DNA from: Kondoa subrosea
Taxonomy: Eukaryota
Assembly (NCBI GenBank): GCA_039545335.1
Contig: BCIN01000001.1
Location: 3,289,136-3,353,135, forward strand
Length of the DNA stretch: 64,000 nt
Direction of reading: 5' to 3'
Both the position numbers and the translations under genes were made by a program. This document shows positions 35,727-49,129 of this stretch, in pieces. The notes beneath the pieces were generated by a model, which ran no database searches, was not told the DNA's origin, and saw nothing but the letters and a program-made list of their open reading frames with translations. Position 1 is the first letter of the stretch; the number at the start of each line of letters is the position of its first letter.

Positions 35727-37809
35727 CTATCTGTCGACCTCCTGCAGATGAGGGAAGCGCTGAGCATCATACATGCCACAAGAGAAAATAGACTTACTCC
35801 GAACACCAAGTCCATAGTACCAATGATAGCTACTACATCCGGCAAGCTAAAGCAAACATTAATGAATGTGCAAATTGCTGCTAAAGACAGTCGTAACGCA
35901 CAAGTGATGTCTAGCCATCATATCGCAACCTGCCAGATGAGCGAAACCAGGAGCACGAATCTTGCATCTATAAGGTCTTTGACTACCATCTCTATTCCCA
36001 CGTAAGTCTTGCCTCAGCATATAAGCATGCAAAGCGAGAATTAATGACGAACGAAACGAGGTAAACACCCATTTCTCCTTTTGGTGCTTCAATAGCACTG
36101 TAAGTTTCACCAGGTGGGACAGAGTAGCCCTCGGAGTAGAGTTTGAAGTGATGAATTAAAGCTTCCATGGATTCTTTCATTGATGCACGAGGAGGTGGAA
36201 CAATCTTGTGATCGTCAACTTTGATTTGACCTTCGGGCATCTTGTCGAGACATTGAGAGATGATGCGGAGCGATTGACGGAATTCTTCAATTCGGCATTT
36301 GTATCTGTGAGAACGGGTCAATGATATAAGTCCATACGGACTATTAACATCGCCAATCCTCACCTGTCGTAGCAATCTCCACTGAAAGGATCGAGATGGA
36401 TCAGTACTTGATAACAACCGCCAAGGCAAGAGACTCACGTAACACCGACTGTACGAAGAACACAATCTCAGCACAAGTTGTGCAAATGAGCTTTCCCGCT
36501 TACCTGGCACATCGAACTCTACTTGATCATAAGCATCATAAGGTTCCGCTTTCCTGTGCGTTGAGACAAGAGTTAGCTATCATCCAGCTTACCCGCATAA
36601 TCCCCCACACCTGATATCCCAAGGAATTCCACTTCCTCTCAACATGACACCAGAGAAACTCATGTCCAACGCTTGTTTAGCAGTAACTGTACCAATGCCA
36701 ATTGTTCTTTCTTTCCAAATCCTATTCTCCGTCAAGACTTCTTCAAATTCGTCCACTCGAGCAGAGAAAGCTGTTCCCCATTTATAGATATCGTCTAAAA
36801 GTCCATGTGGTAGATCGAAAGCTACTCCTCCTGGTCGAACGTAAGCTGCATGCAGCCGAGCTCCGGAAACTCGTTCGTAGAATTCCATACTGTTCGTCAT
36901 CACACAATGTGAATCAGACTAAGCCTGATATGCATGCACGACGACAAACAGCTTTTCTCTTTCTTCGAAACCCCATAGGAAAGGTGTTAAGGCTCCGACA
37001 TCTGTTCGTTCAACCCAACTGTAAGCGACGAATATGCTTACATGCGAATCGAAGACGAACCCATTGCATGTGTCAGTACGGCCATGAGATGATTCAAGAT
37101 TCTAGTGATTTCACCAAACATTGTTCTGATCCATTTCGCTCTATCGGGTACTTCGATATCTGTGATCAAGGATGTTGTACAATCAGTTTGAGACTGATCT
37201 AGCGCTGAATCCAAGACGCACTGAGTAATTTTTCGACTGCTCTTGAATAGCAAAGTTCGTTGGTCATCATAGAAACGTAATCCAATCGATCGAAATAAGG
37301 TAAAGCTTGAGTGTAGTTTTTGTATTCGATCAATTTCTCAGTTCCTCTGTGCAATAAGCCAACATGAGGATCTGCTCTGAGGACTTCTTCTCCATTCAAT
37401 TCAAGGATCAATCTCAATACTCCATGTGCTGTTTCCAATACTCATTCAGCAAATCCATAACTTGAGGGGAAAGGAGGATGACAAACCAGCTGGATGTTGA
37501 GGACCGAAGTTGACCTACATACAACCCATTATAAGCTACTTCAACCCATTCGATCAAGAGATAACAACTCACAGTGAAATGTCTCATTGACTTGCTTGAT
37601 CTCTTTTCACCTTCTGCTAAAATCTGAGCAGGTGTAGAACCATGTAAATCTTCTACAAGCATAGATTTAGCAGTATGAGCAGGTAAAGGTGTTGCTTGAG
37701 CTGGATTGGTTTCGGTGGCATAATTCCTAGCAGAGATCGATGGGACCACCGTACAACCGGATCGGACTGGTGAGACTAGTTTAGGTAGTCGATTCAAGGA
37801 GCGCTTCAT
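35727..37809 (-). CDS. NDUFS2: NADH:ubiquinone oxidoreductase 49 kDa subunit
   Basis: [54 protein letters not shown]-terminal EVDR. Confidence 0.97.
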
Positions 37810-38010
37810 CTTGAGGCTGCTCTAGGACGACCAATGGGGGAAGAGAGAGAGGCAAGCGAGGTTGAATACATAAATATGTTTAAGTCTAAGTCCATGGCCC
37901 TGTTGTTGCGGCACGTCCAGCTCAACCCTCGACCCAGCGCTGGTAGAGCTGCATACCCCTGCTAGATACATACCAGTGAAACCACACATACCCATTGAAA
38001 GGCAGAAGCA

Positions 38011-39633
38011 ATGAAAACGGAGCAAGTGATTGAACTCAAGAAATCGCTCGCTTCAGCTGTCACTGCCAACAGAACAGATGACATGAAGCGCATCTTGTTG
38101 AAATTGAGACAGGAATTGACTGCTACTGAAGAAATCATCAGAGTCCGCTTACTTCTCTCGATCACTTGATTAGACCAAGTGTGCTGAAGGAGTATCTTGG
38201 ACAGGACACCAAGATTGGATTAAGCGTGGGCAAGTTGCGCACAAATGCAAACAAGGAAATCTCCGAATTGGCAAAAGACATAGTCAAGAAGGTGTTTCAA
38301 GCGACAGCTCTGCATATCAGAAGTACTGATTACCTGCTATATCAGTGGAAGAATGATGTTGGGCCTGTACGGACTGCATCGCAAGGCGCGAAATCAGCTA
38401 CAGCCAGTAAGCAGGCGTACAAATGTCTAGAGTTTGTCACTCTTAGATGATGTCGCCATTTTTACAGGTCCGAAACCACCACCTTCACCAGCCAACCAAG
38501 CGTCTCCAGCTGCTTCTACCTCTTCAGCAACACCTCAACCTCAACAACCTCAACCTCCAGCCAAACCAGCAGTAGAAAGAAAACCTTCCATTTCAACTAA
38601 TGACAAACCTTTAGAAGCGGGCAAAAAGAGATCAGCTGCTGTAGATGGTGTGAAATTTGATTTGAGGGATGACAAAACTAGGGATAAGTGTATGGAATTG
38701 CTCTATGATGCGCTTGTACTGGATGCAGATGCACGTGAGTTCGCTCTTACTTGTTTCGCAGTTTCCTTCCTGCCCACTTTCTTTATCTTACTATCTCTTT
38801 TTCTGTATTCAATATGTGATTAGATCATAAAGAGCTAATTGTTATGATTTGACAGCATCGAAATTAATTCTGGAAAGAGCAGACGAAATTGAATCCCTCA
38901 TTTACGCAGCAAACGGGAATGACGCTACACCAGGATATCGAACCAAGATCCGATCATTGTTTCAGAATTTGAAGGATAAAAACAACCCTTCTTTAAGAGC
39001 TGCAGTAGTTAGTGGTGAATTGGAACCTGCGAAATTATGTACCATGTCTTCTGCTGTATGTTCATGAAGCTTTAAAGAAGAGTACTTGATGATAGGTGAT
39101 GAGAACAGGATATGGCTAGCGAAGAAAGAAAAGCTCATGATCGATCTGTTATGGAGATGAATCTGTTTAAAGCTAGAGGAGCGGGTGCTACGGCTTCAGA
39201 AACGGATCAATTCAAATGTGGGAGATGCAAACAGAGGAAGGTAAGCAGCGAAACATCTATAAATGGCGGGATGAAGCTCATTCTCGGTGACGCGATAGTG
39301 TACTTATTATCGTAAGACGATTTGAACTCGCTTATTAGTTTTATACTGATGAAGCTTTCACTGTCTTACAGAGATGCAGGTCAGTAGTCTTTATCCATCT
39401 ATTGCTGGATTCTTGCTGATATCGTGGTGCAGACTCGTTCAGCAGATGAACCTATGACGGTCAGTGAAAGTTGGAAGCACTTCAGCGTATCTGCTGATAC
39501 TTCAACGTTGTCTTTGACAGACATTTGTGACTTGCGTCAATTGTGGGAACAGGTGGAAGGTAAGTAAGAGTGTAAGAATCTAGCTGATACTGTTAGCTCA
39601 GACTTGTACTTTTTTTACTTACAGTTCTGCTGA
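38011..39633 (+). CDS. DST1: transcription elongation factor TFIIS
   Basis: [70 protein letters not shown]. Confidence 0.96.
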
Positions 39634-40015
39634 TTTGGTGTAATCGCAAATACTCTGCCAAAGATGGAAGAGAAGCACGCGTTGCGAAGGAAGGCAAATC
39701 TCGACTGACGCCCCAACGGTGTCCTTGAGTGTATCGAGCAAGTTGGTCTCGCGAAGAAGAAGATATTTTGCAGGGGAAGGGATGGGTTTCTACGATTGTA
39801 CTATACTTTTATGACTTACTGCATACGACATTATTGAGCTTGTAATTCAGATCTTTCGCTCGTTTATCGGTTGTCCCAATCTTTGACCTATTGCAGCGAA
39901 GCATCTGCTGACTTGCTTGCTTGTATACCTCGCATTGACGATATCTTGAGCCTGGATACCCTCTGCATCAGCTGCCCTGGTCCTCAGGTGACGATTGGTT
40001 GAACTCGAACTCTAT

Positions 40016-40868
40016 ATGGACAGCGCTGCATCCCCCCTGAGCACTTTGGGGCAGCATTGCGCGTTTTGCAAGGGTCCATTCTCCTCTTCCAATCATCTAC
40101 AGCTGCTCATCTGTGCATATAGAGCTTGATTTTCTTCCCATCTCATGTCCATTCTGCTCAAGTATCCTATGCAAACTTCACATTCAAACTTCAGCACATC
40201 AATGTCCTTCTGATCCTTCTCTGAACCTCGTTGAACCTATTCCTTCCTCTTCTTCGTCGTCATCCACTTTCGCTGCTTTGTTACCAGATCGATCTATTCC
40301 TTCACGAGCACCCGAAGTGTCCAAGAATTCAGAAGCCAAACGTTTACTAGCAAAGAACTTTCCTAAACCTAAACCTACGTCCTCTGCATTGCCTCCTACG
40401 AAGAAGAAAGCAGTCAATTCGAAATTAGCTTTAATGCTCTTGAAACAAAAAGCTGTTTCTGCTGATCCGAAGAAGAAAGTTGGGAATGTTCCGATGGAGG
40501 ATAGATTATACTTCACAATACATGATCGGACGGACGGGAGGGAAGGAGAGGGAAGACCGGTTTGGTTGACGAAAGTCAGTCTGTTTCCAGTCAGTAAGAA
40601 GAAGCTGATATAGCGAAGTAGTCAACAAGTGTTGGGAGAGCATTGGATCTGCTTGCAGCTCACTTGAGCATACGAAATGTCAATGACAGTACGAAGGACG
40701 AGAAGCAGGTGAGACATTCACGTTCTAAATGTATTGATCTGATTTCTTCATCAGAAACTGGTGTTAAGCAAAGGGGACGACAGGGAGTCCATACCTACGA
40801 GTGCAGATTTGAGCTCTTGCGTCAGCGATGGAGCTGACTTGTATATGCACCGCGGTTTAGACTGTTAG
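40016..40868 (+). CDS. AN1-type zinc finger protein (Cuz1/ZFAND1-like)
   Basis: GQHCAFCK-ELDFLPISCPFCSSILCKLH...HQC; C-terminal VPMEDRLYF and SVGRALD. Confidence 0.85.
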
Positions 40869-41053
40869 ATGTATAGTTATGGAATTGCTATTGTACAATG
40901 TGAGGAATCTGCATATGTAGATCAGGTATCAAAGAATATCCGTCGACGATTTCAAGTCATGCGTTTGACCCAGACTTTCCAGCGCGACTTCTTCGCGCAG
41001 ATCGGAGTACCAATGTGCGAAGGGTCCAGAGAGGCTGCAACTTCACTCGCTAC

Positions 41054-42312
41054 CTATTTCGAAACACCGGAACACTTGCTTTTGTGTCCCTCCTTCCAAT
41101 CTGAGATGATAGTCAGAACGATCGAGATAAAATCAAAGCTGAAACATACAGATCTTTGCACACTCTTTTGAGCAGAATTGAGCGATTGCACAAGATCCGC
41201 ACAACTTGTACTCCGTCGCAACATCAGGCTTTGAGACGAGACAAGTATTGCATAGCGGGAAGGCACAGTGAGGTAAATTGAAGTCGTGCCATTTGTAACA
41301 CGTAAAGCAGACGAAAGTTGTAGTGCTTCTGGCAACTTCAAGGTAGATAGACTGTTTCATGATGAACTTGAGCTCTAAAGCTGGATCAGGCTGTTCTTTG
41401 AGATGCTTGTAAAAATGGTCGACTTCGGAATCGACACGAAGGCTAATGGGAATGTCGAAGAGAATGAGCAAGCAGCCAATAAGAAAGCGATTGTTCTCAT
41501 CAGATTGGTGCTGTATTTTTTGCTCCATTGGTCGGCGAACGGATGCTGATTTTTTACAAGATTGATTTACCAGAGAATACAAAGCAAGACCGTTGGCTCG
41601 AAGATATGATTGAACAGGGTTGCGCAAACGCTCTACTTCGACGAGAAGTGGATGACGCGACAAAAGGAGGATCAGGGTTCTGATTTCGAAATGAATGGAC
41701 TGCAAAGGGAAGTCACTGCGAAGACGCAGAGTCCAATGAGCAAAGTAATGCTTCAGAAGATAACTTGTAATGTTGATGGCTAGCTCTCATAGTCAGATCG
41801 GGATCTCACGCGAAAGTGATGAGAAGCGAACAATGATCAAATGACAAAGTTTTGGCATATCGAGCGTTATCGAGAATAACACCAAACAGGACAGAAAGTT
41901 TCTGCTCTTGACAATGATGCGCCGTGCAGTATCCTTCCGCACAGCTTTTCACCTTCTCAAGCGCTGCCATCAAAGTGTCTTCATGCTCAGATACGAGAAG
42001 GCGAGCCAGCAGGACCTGTCGTATGCTCTCGTCTGATCCTATGGCTTCACCCGCTTGACCGAATTTTACATATGCCTCCGTCGCAAAACCTCCTTTCAAC
42101 TTCTCCAGAATGTATGCCAAATCCCGCTTGATACGTTTGCGCATAGCTTTGTCAAGCTGACCACTGAATATGATGGGCGCAGTGATACCTTTTCTATTCT
42201 TGTGATGTTCGCCAACAAAGAGCTTTGGCAAAGGCTGATTAGAGCTAGAGCTTGCAGCTGGAGTTCTAGCAGCTGAGCTCGGAGTGGCTGCAGAGCCACG
42301 CGATCTGCTCAT
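41054..42312 (-). CDS. MYND zinc-finger protein
   Basis: C-terminal CNTC...KLCGSCAIAQFCSKECAK-DWKEGHKSKC. Confidence 0.75.
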
Positions 42313-42366
42313 GGTAGTCTGCACTTCGCACGAATACCAGCTTCGCGATTGCTGTCCAACGATGAC

Positions 42367-43913
42367 ATGCGAAATTGGATTGTGCTCTGCTGCGGTTTGC
42401 TAGCATTCATATACCTGCTGCCTAGATTCTGGCAGTCGCACGATACCTTTGCAGCTCCAAAGCATCATATACCTTCGAGAATCGCCAATTTACTTGGACC
42501 TTATTCTCCGTGTCACGCTGTTGAAGCTTTCTCTGTTTCTCCCCATGTTGTGGACCAAGTACATGTGCTGCAACGGCATGGCTCCCGCTATCCTTCCGAG
42601 AAAGCTTTACAATTCATCAAATCTTCTGTTCGCAAGCTTCAGCGAGCGACGACCTACCATAATTCAAGGCTGTTCTTTTTACGAAAGTATGAAGTCAACT
42701 TAGGAAGTGACGATCTTTTGATATTTGGCAAACAAGAGTCTGTTCAACTCATTCTCGTTCATGTGACCATTGCTCAGGTCAACTCAATGAGCAGATCTTA
42801 CTTCTCTGGAGCACAAACGTACAAACGCTATGCTCGTCTATCAGATAAATGCTTGCGATCTCCTTTCATCCGAGCGTCATCTTCGCATAGGGTGGTCGAG
42901 AGCGCCTATGCCTTCGGTCGTGGATTCGCAGACGCCAGCAGAGCGTACGGACCAGTAGATGATCCATTGATCATTGATGATGGCTCTGAAGTAAGTCGTC
43001 ATCTTTCCCGTTTATTATATAGCTGATACCGCTCCAACAGAGCAATGATACTCTTGCTAATCATCATTGTGCAAACTTGGACTTGAGCATTTCGCGGAGA
43101 GTTATGGACACATGGTCAATTCGATGGAGCGACACAGTCTCAAGATTGAACTCAGCTGCACCAGGAGCGCATCTGACGACTCAGGATATACCTGGTTTAC
43201 TTTCGTTATGCTCTTTTGAAACGCTCGCGAGTGGGAAGAAGAGCCCTTGGTGTGATGTATTTGATCAGGAAGACTGGGAAAGCTTCGAATACCTCTTTGA
43301 TTTGCAAAAGTATTATTTTACCGGGTGAGTTCAAGCACGGTACAATCGATCTGTCGTTCTCATCAGATTTTCAGACCTGGTAATCCGCTTGGTAAAGTTC
43401 AGGGCATAGGCTATGTCAATGAACTCCTCACTCGTCTCACTGGAACTCGTTATATCGATTCTGATCAAACGCAAACAAATCATACTCTCAACTCTTCACC
43501 TGTCACATTCCCACTTGATGCATGCATCTACGCAGAGTGAGCTACTCCCTTATCTCATTTGTATGAATATCACTGATAAGATCATCAGCTTCAGTCACGA
43601 CAATCAAATGATTCCAATAATGAGTGTCCTTCAACTATTCGATGAGAAGGAAAATCTCGATCCAACTTATCGAAACGCATCACATTCATTCAAATCCTCT
43701 GCCCTTGTACCATTCGCAAGTCGGCTAGTGATAGAAAGGATGTTGATGAACAAGAAACATTATGTTCGCATTCTGGTCAATGATCTAGTAATGGATTTGA
43801 GTCGGATTTGCCAAGTTGAGGAAGGGATGTGTTTGTTGGATGATTTCGTGCGAGGAGTAGGGCGATATACTATGGGAGAAGGACAAAAAGAATGGCACAA
43901 GTGTTTTGATTGA
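42367..43913 (+). CDS. histidine acid phosphatase / 3-phytase
   Basis: RHGSRYP, FSHDN, VPFASR; N-terminal signal anchor. Confidence 0.92.
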
Positions 43914-44374
43914 TACAGAAGATGTGCTATGTTCCGAACCTGACAGTCCAAATATCCTTTTGAGACTTGATATGCACGTACTGCACTGCAATTGATTCAG
44001 TCCGATATTAATGTGATTGTTCGACCAAATCAATGACTTCCTTTTGACCAGGGCCCTCGAGGAACGCCTGCAAGATGGTCGTGACTGCATACATCAGCTG
44101 ATACAGCTACGCAGCTGATTGCTCTCGATTGTTGCAGAAGAATGTCCAAGTTTCGACTCGCTAAGATTGCTTGTGCTTGCATTAACGCTCGCTTGGCGAT
44201 TCCTTTGATGATCGTCGCCGCGACTCCAAGAAAGCGTGTCTTGTCTATTTGTTCTATGTCCTATCGCTCGACACTGTCCAACTTGAGAAAGCTTCTGATC
44301 ATCGCACTCAGGGTGATGTTCTTTTGTTTCACACCACGACTCGACGACGTGTCTTCCTTCTCTTCTCTCACACC

Positions 44375-46612
44375 ATGCCTACAGCATCGAGAGTGCGAGT
44401 GCTTTTCTGTATCTTCACATTCTTCACCTTCTGTATTCTGGGAATTTCTTATTTCGGGATTTACAAGACTGCTCCGCACCTCGAGAGGCACTTCGATCCC
44501 ACTTATGGACCTGTGGGCTCTCTTCTACTGTGGTATCTACACTTTAATTGATCAGTTTCCTCACGCAGGTCATTGGAAGTAGGGCTTTTTGCAAATGCGG
44601 TTTCAGTAGACTGATCTACGGCCCGCAGTTGATTTCGGCCTCCACGAATCTCGAGTAGCGTATGCATCGATATGCCAAATTTGACGACCTGATTTAATTT
44701 TTTTCTGTAGGATCTGGTACAATGGCACGACACATGTCCTTGCAAATTCGAAGAACCAAACTAGCATTGGATCGTAAGTCTCGCTCGTAAGACATGATTG
44801 GAGTATCATTATCATCATCAATGTAGCCAAGTAGGACACAATGGAAAGCAGCTATATGTGTCCTCGAATGTAGCTGATCGTGACACTATAGTATGTTTCT
44901 CGCTGTGTGATAATTGCTGCGCTGATTTGCTGTCAGTACGAGATCAAAAGACTTCTTGGAAAAAACTATAATGACTCTGAAGTCGCACACTACATGTATG
45001 GCTCCTTCAAGCCACTTCATGAAGAGCTGTATAACACGCATACAGGCACGATCATCCTTCTGCTAGGATTAAGAACAAGAACAATAAGCCTGTGGTCAGT
45101 TTCGACTCCTCGAGAGCAGACTACACTGCAGAAGATATTACCGCTACGATCTTAAATGAGCTAAAGAAGACATCCGAAGCGTTTCTGGGTATCAAAGTGA
45201 CGCATGCTGCTATCTCGTACGTCTAAAACTTGGAGCTTGCGTCACCTGTCTCATGTCTTTGGGCACAGGGTGCCAGCTCATTTCAATGATCGACAAAGAC
45301 AAGCAATTAGAGGCGCTGGATCTCTGGCAGGCCTGAACATTCTTCGTGTAATGAATGAACCAACAATGGCTGTGATAGCTTATGGCCTAGACAAGAATTC
45401 TGATTCCGACGCAGAACGCCAAATCCTTGTCTATGCCTGTTCCGGTTCTATGTGTGACATCTCATTGTTACTGGTGGAAGATAAAGTCTTCGAGATTCTC
45501 TACGCTTCAAGTATCTCTCCAACTGAAACCACTCGGGCGAAGAATATACATGCAAATGTAATTCAAGCGGTTGAACGTCTCTTGCAAGTCTCAAATACTT
45601 CAAGAACCGTAATCAACGATATTCTCTTCGTCGGTCGAGCCGAGGGCGAAAATACTATCAAAGACGCTTTACGGCAGCAGTTTCCTACTCAAAGTATCGT
45701 CGAAGCGGATTTCGCAGCAGACGAAGCAATTGTCCGAGGAGTAGCATTACAAGGAGCTGTATTTGGAGGTCTTTTCGGACACGATTACACATGCCAAGAC
45801 TGGAACCTGAACCTTTTGAGTGTTGGAGTCGAGTGAGCCCGTCATGATCGTGCGCGAATCAGGCTGACAATAAGCTAGAACAGCTGGAGATGTCTTTACT
45901 GTGTGTCGAAACATTCAACCGAGTGAAGGTCATGCTGAGAAGCGTTGCAGAGGATGATTTCTCGGAATACTATACTTCCGCATCGGTATGAGCCAGCGCG
46001 CGACTTCAAGTATCAACTTATACGCGTTTGTCGACAGCCATTCCCGAATCTTCATTCCAGCTGCCCCAAACCAATCGAGCGCCCTCGTACGTGTATTTGA
46101 AGGCGAGCAATTGTACACAAAAGACAACAGGTATCTCGGCGAATTGGAAGTGTTCGTCCTCAGCCAGTCTGTATCTCGCACGCGCACTAATTTGTATGGC
46201 AGAAACTTAACCCCTTCTGCTATACTTCCTCAATTTGCAATCGCCTTTGATCTCGATCCTGACAGAAATCTAGTCGTCCGAGTCGACGAACTTGGTACAG
46301 ATCATTCTGCTCAACTTTCAATTCCGGCCAAGGTACTTCTCTCGTCGGACCCCGAACTACTGCAAGCAATGCTTCGGGATGCGGAAGAGTCTCTGGCCGA
46401 ATCTCAGTCAGTCGACAATCTTTGCACAAATAGATCTACTGCTGATTCTGCCTCTTCTTAGAAGCGACGTGGAAATATTACAAGCTGATGACATAGACAA
46501 TCCACAAGAGTCGTCCAATTTCGATGGCAAAAGCATTGTCTTGTTATCTTCACGAGAGTCATCAGCAGCTCAAGCAGAAGAACAGGAGATGGAGTATCAT
46601 CGGGATCTGTAA
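44375..46612 (+). CDS. divergent Hsp70 (BiP-like) with N-terminal signal anchor and degenerate ATPase motifs
   Basis: [57 protein letters not shown]; ends HRDL. Confidence 0.85.
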
Positions 46613-46793
46613 AATGTACTCGAGTATACAACAATATCCCCGCAACATTATATCTAGTACAGGTATTTTATATCTCACAGTATCCTAGCATAGTCATTCG
46701 TTTGCAACAACGCTTTCTTTACAGCCGCTCAATCTATTGAATTGTGTAAGCTTGGCATATGCAAAGATTAGCAAAAACAAGACCACCTGCATT

Positions 46794-48158
46794 CTACACC
46801 ATTTTAGTGAGCTTAGAGCATTTTGTCTTATGATTCCCTTCTTTCCAGTCTGGTGAGCAAATATCAGCACTACACAAGGAGTACTCTCATAACTACAACT
46901 CACACGAAGTTGAGCATGATGTAGAGCAGAACAGGGCAATCGCACACAGCGAACAACACTTGAAAGCGATTGCTTCTTTCGGTCTGATATTCGAGCAAGC
47001 ATTGCAGAGGACTCTTCTACAGCCGATGAGACCCAGCGCAAGGTATTTGAGGCAATTCAGGCAAGTAAAGGTACTCGTCGTTTGGGCTGATTGGAAGATA
47101 TGACTGTTCTGTTCGATATTGAGGAATTTCGCTTGAGTACTATGCAGAAGGAAATTGGCAGCAAAGAATTCGTCGAAAGATGTGTTACCTATTTTCGTTG
47201 GTTCGATGTCGCAGATGCTTTGTAAGATGGCATAGAATAGTAAAAATCGCACAAGGAATTCATTATCATCCTTTTCGAAAGTTTGTCCGCTTCCTATCGC
47301 TTCCGCCATGAGATGCATGAGGCCAGATAAGATGTATTCGAGAGATTGTCTTCTAGGCTTCAGAAGATCTTCTACTAAGGTTGGATGTTTGGAAGCGACC
47401 AGCACTATACAACTTGCATGATCGATCAGATATTGTTCCATCTCAACCCACGGAATAGTGAGATCTTCTAGAAAAGATTTGCATAGGAGCATATAGCAGT
47501 CGAGCATGTGCTCCATGATCGGTGCAACTCAAGAAAGAGGGGCAATCAGCTTCCGGCGTCTGCTTTTGGCGCAAAGCAACCTACTATATGAGTACGGCAA
47601 ATTTCTGCCAAAACCCGTGTAATGAAACAGTTGACGCAAGAATTCTGACATATGTTGGTTCTGACAAGCACATTTGGTCTGCCTGATGTGCGATAGTGCA
47701 GAAAGTAGAATGTCTGAACTTTCGCTGAGTATTAATCGATAGACCATGTATATAATTATGTCGTCCTCGAGCGATTCGTCCTCGCGCAGGTCATCGACAC
47801 ACTGAAGGGCCGGTTCCGCATCTCCATCAATGAAAGCTTCTCGGACAAGCTGCACAGTTTTCTCAATCTTCAGACGGTATTCAGACCCAAATTGACCAGT
47901 CATCATAGCGGGTACGAAGACAGTTGGATCTGCTTCAGCTTCCGGCGCTTGACCACACATAAGTCTGACCTTCTTGTTAGAGTCTTGATCCCGTTGGATA
48001 TCAGGCCATGACTCGACTCTGAAGCGCTCTGTGTTTCTGCAGAAAGTAGTGAGGATCTGACAATGCCCATGTTTTGCTTCACCGCACTTCTGCTCATCCG
48101 GATTCCAAGGGTTCCAGACAATTTGGGACTTGAAGTGGCCGCATTTGTGTTCATTCAT
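46794..48158 (-). CDS. MYND zinc-finger protein, paralog of 41054-42312
   Basis: CNAC...KCCSLCAIALFCSTSCST-DWKEGNHKTKC; start codon uncertain. Confidence 0.72.
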
Positions 48159-48246
48159 TGGCCGTGTGTGATGTTGAGCTTGTGCTGGTAGCTTGAGAAA
48201 AGCAAAAGCAAACAGTCCAGCTCAAGAATATGCTTGCACCGATGCA

Positions 48247-49086
48247 ATGACCTTGCTATACCCCCGAACGGTCCACTCAAAGTCTATACCAGCAGACTAC
48301 GTACCCAAAGCCTCGTTGACCAATTCTAAAGAAACGCCTATCTTCATCTGCGCTGTGCAAGATTGTTATCGCTTATTTCCTGATCGCAAGCGTTTGGCAG
48401 GTCAGCTCTGATCTGTAATGCTGCAGATATAGCTCAAGAATACAAACCAGGTCATCGAAGCAAAGATCATGCAAGGGATGAGGCCTCAAGTCAAGGCAAC
48501 GCGATTTGGTCTGAAGCGATTAGTTGGAGTGATGTGATGGCTTTGGATGCTATGCCGCAAGAGATAGAAGGTGTCTACGATGATCTCGAGGATGTAGTGA
48601 TGAAAAGCGAGGTTGTGCCGTCAGAGGTGAATGCTTCAAGTCTGAATGTAGGCTAGAGTCTGATCTTTGCGATAGGCTACAGTAGCTCCTGAACAATCTG
48701 GAGCAGAGGCATACTCTCCTGTAGCTAAACCAGCGGAAGAAATGCTCGATTCTCTCACTTCAGCTAGAGAACTTCTGCCAGATCCGCCCGAACCTTCAGC
48801 TGAGCTATCGACTGCACCTCGGACGCTGCTAGAGATCCAATCCCTCGATTCAGAAGTATCTGCATCTCCGCTTCCTCCGGCCAGCGCACAATCTGCCGAA
48901 GCTCTTCCCAATCAAAATGCAGAAAGACAGCCAAATCTCCCTACTGCCCAACCCGAAGAGGATTTCTCAATACCTGGCTTGACGTACATATAGTCGCAAA
49001 AGTGACCACCGGCTCGTGCGACTTTCAGCATCCTTTCCGCCATTCTCGAGATTTGCCGCGTCTTGCTGGTCGGGAACTGTCTCTAA
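48247..49086 (+). CDS. small protein with a single C2H2-like zinc finger
   Basis: CAVQDCYRLFPDRKRLAG-HRSKDH after splicing; 3' end uncertain (48993 or 49086). Confidence 0.6.
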
Positions 49087-49108
49087 CGTGGACGGGCAGT
49101 ACAGTATG

Positions 49109-49129
49109 TTGCTTTGCTTTGCTTTGCTT
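49109..49129 (+). repeat. (TTGCT)n microsatellite, about 4 units
   Basis: ttgctttgctttgctttgctt. Confidence 0.6.
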
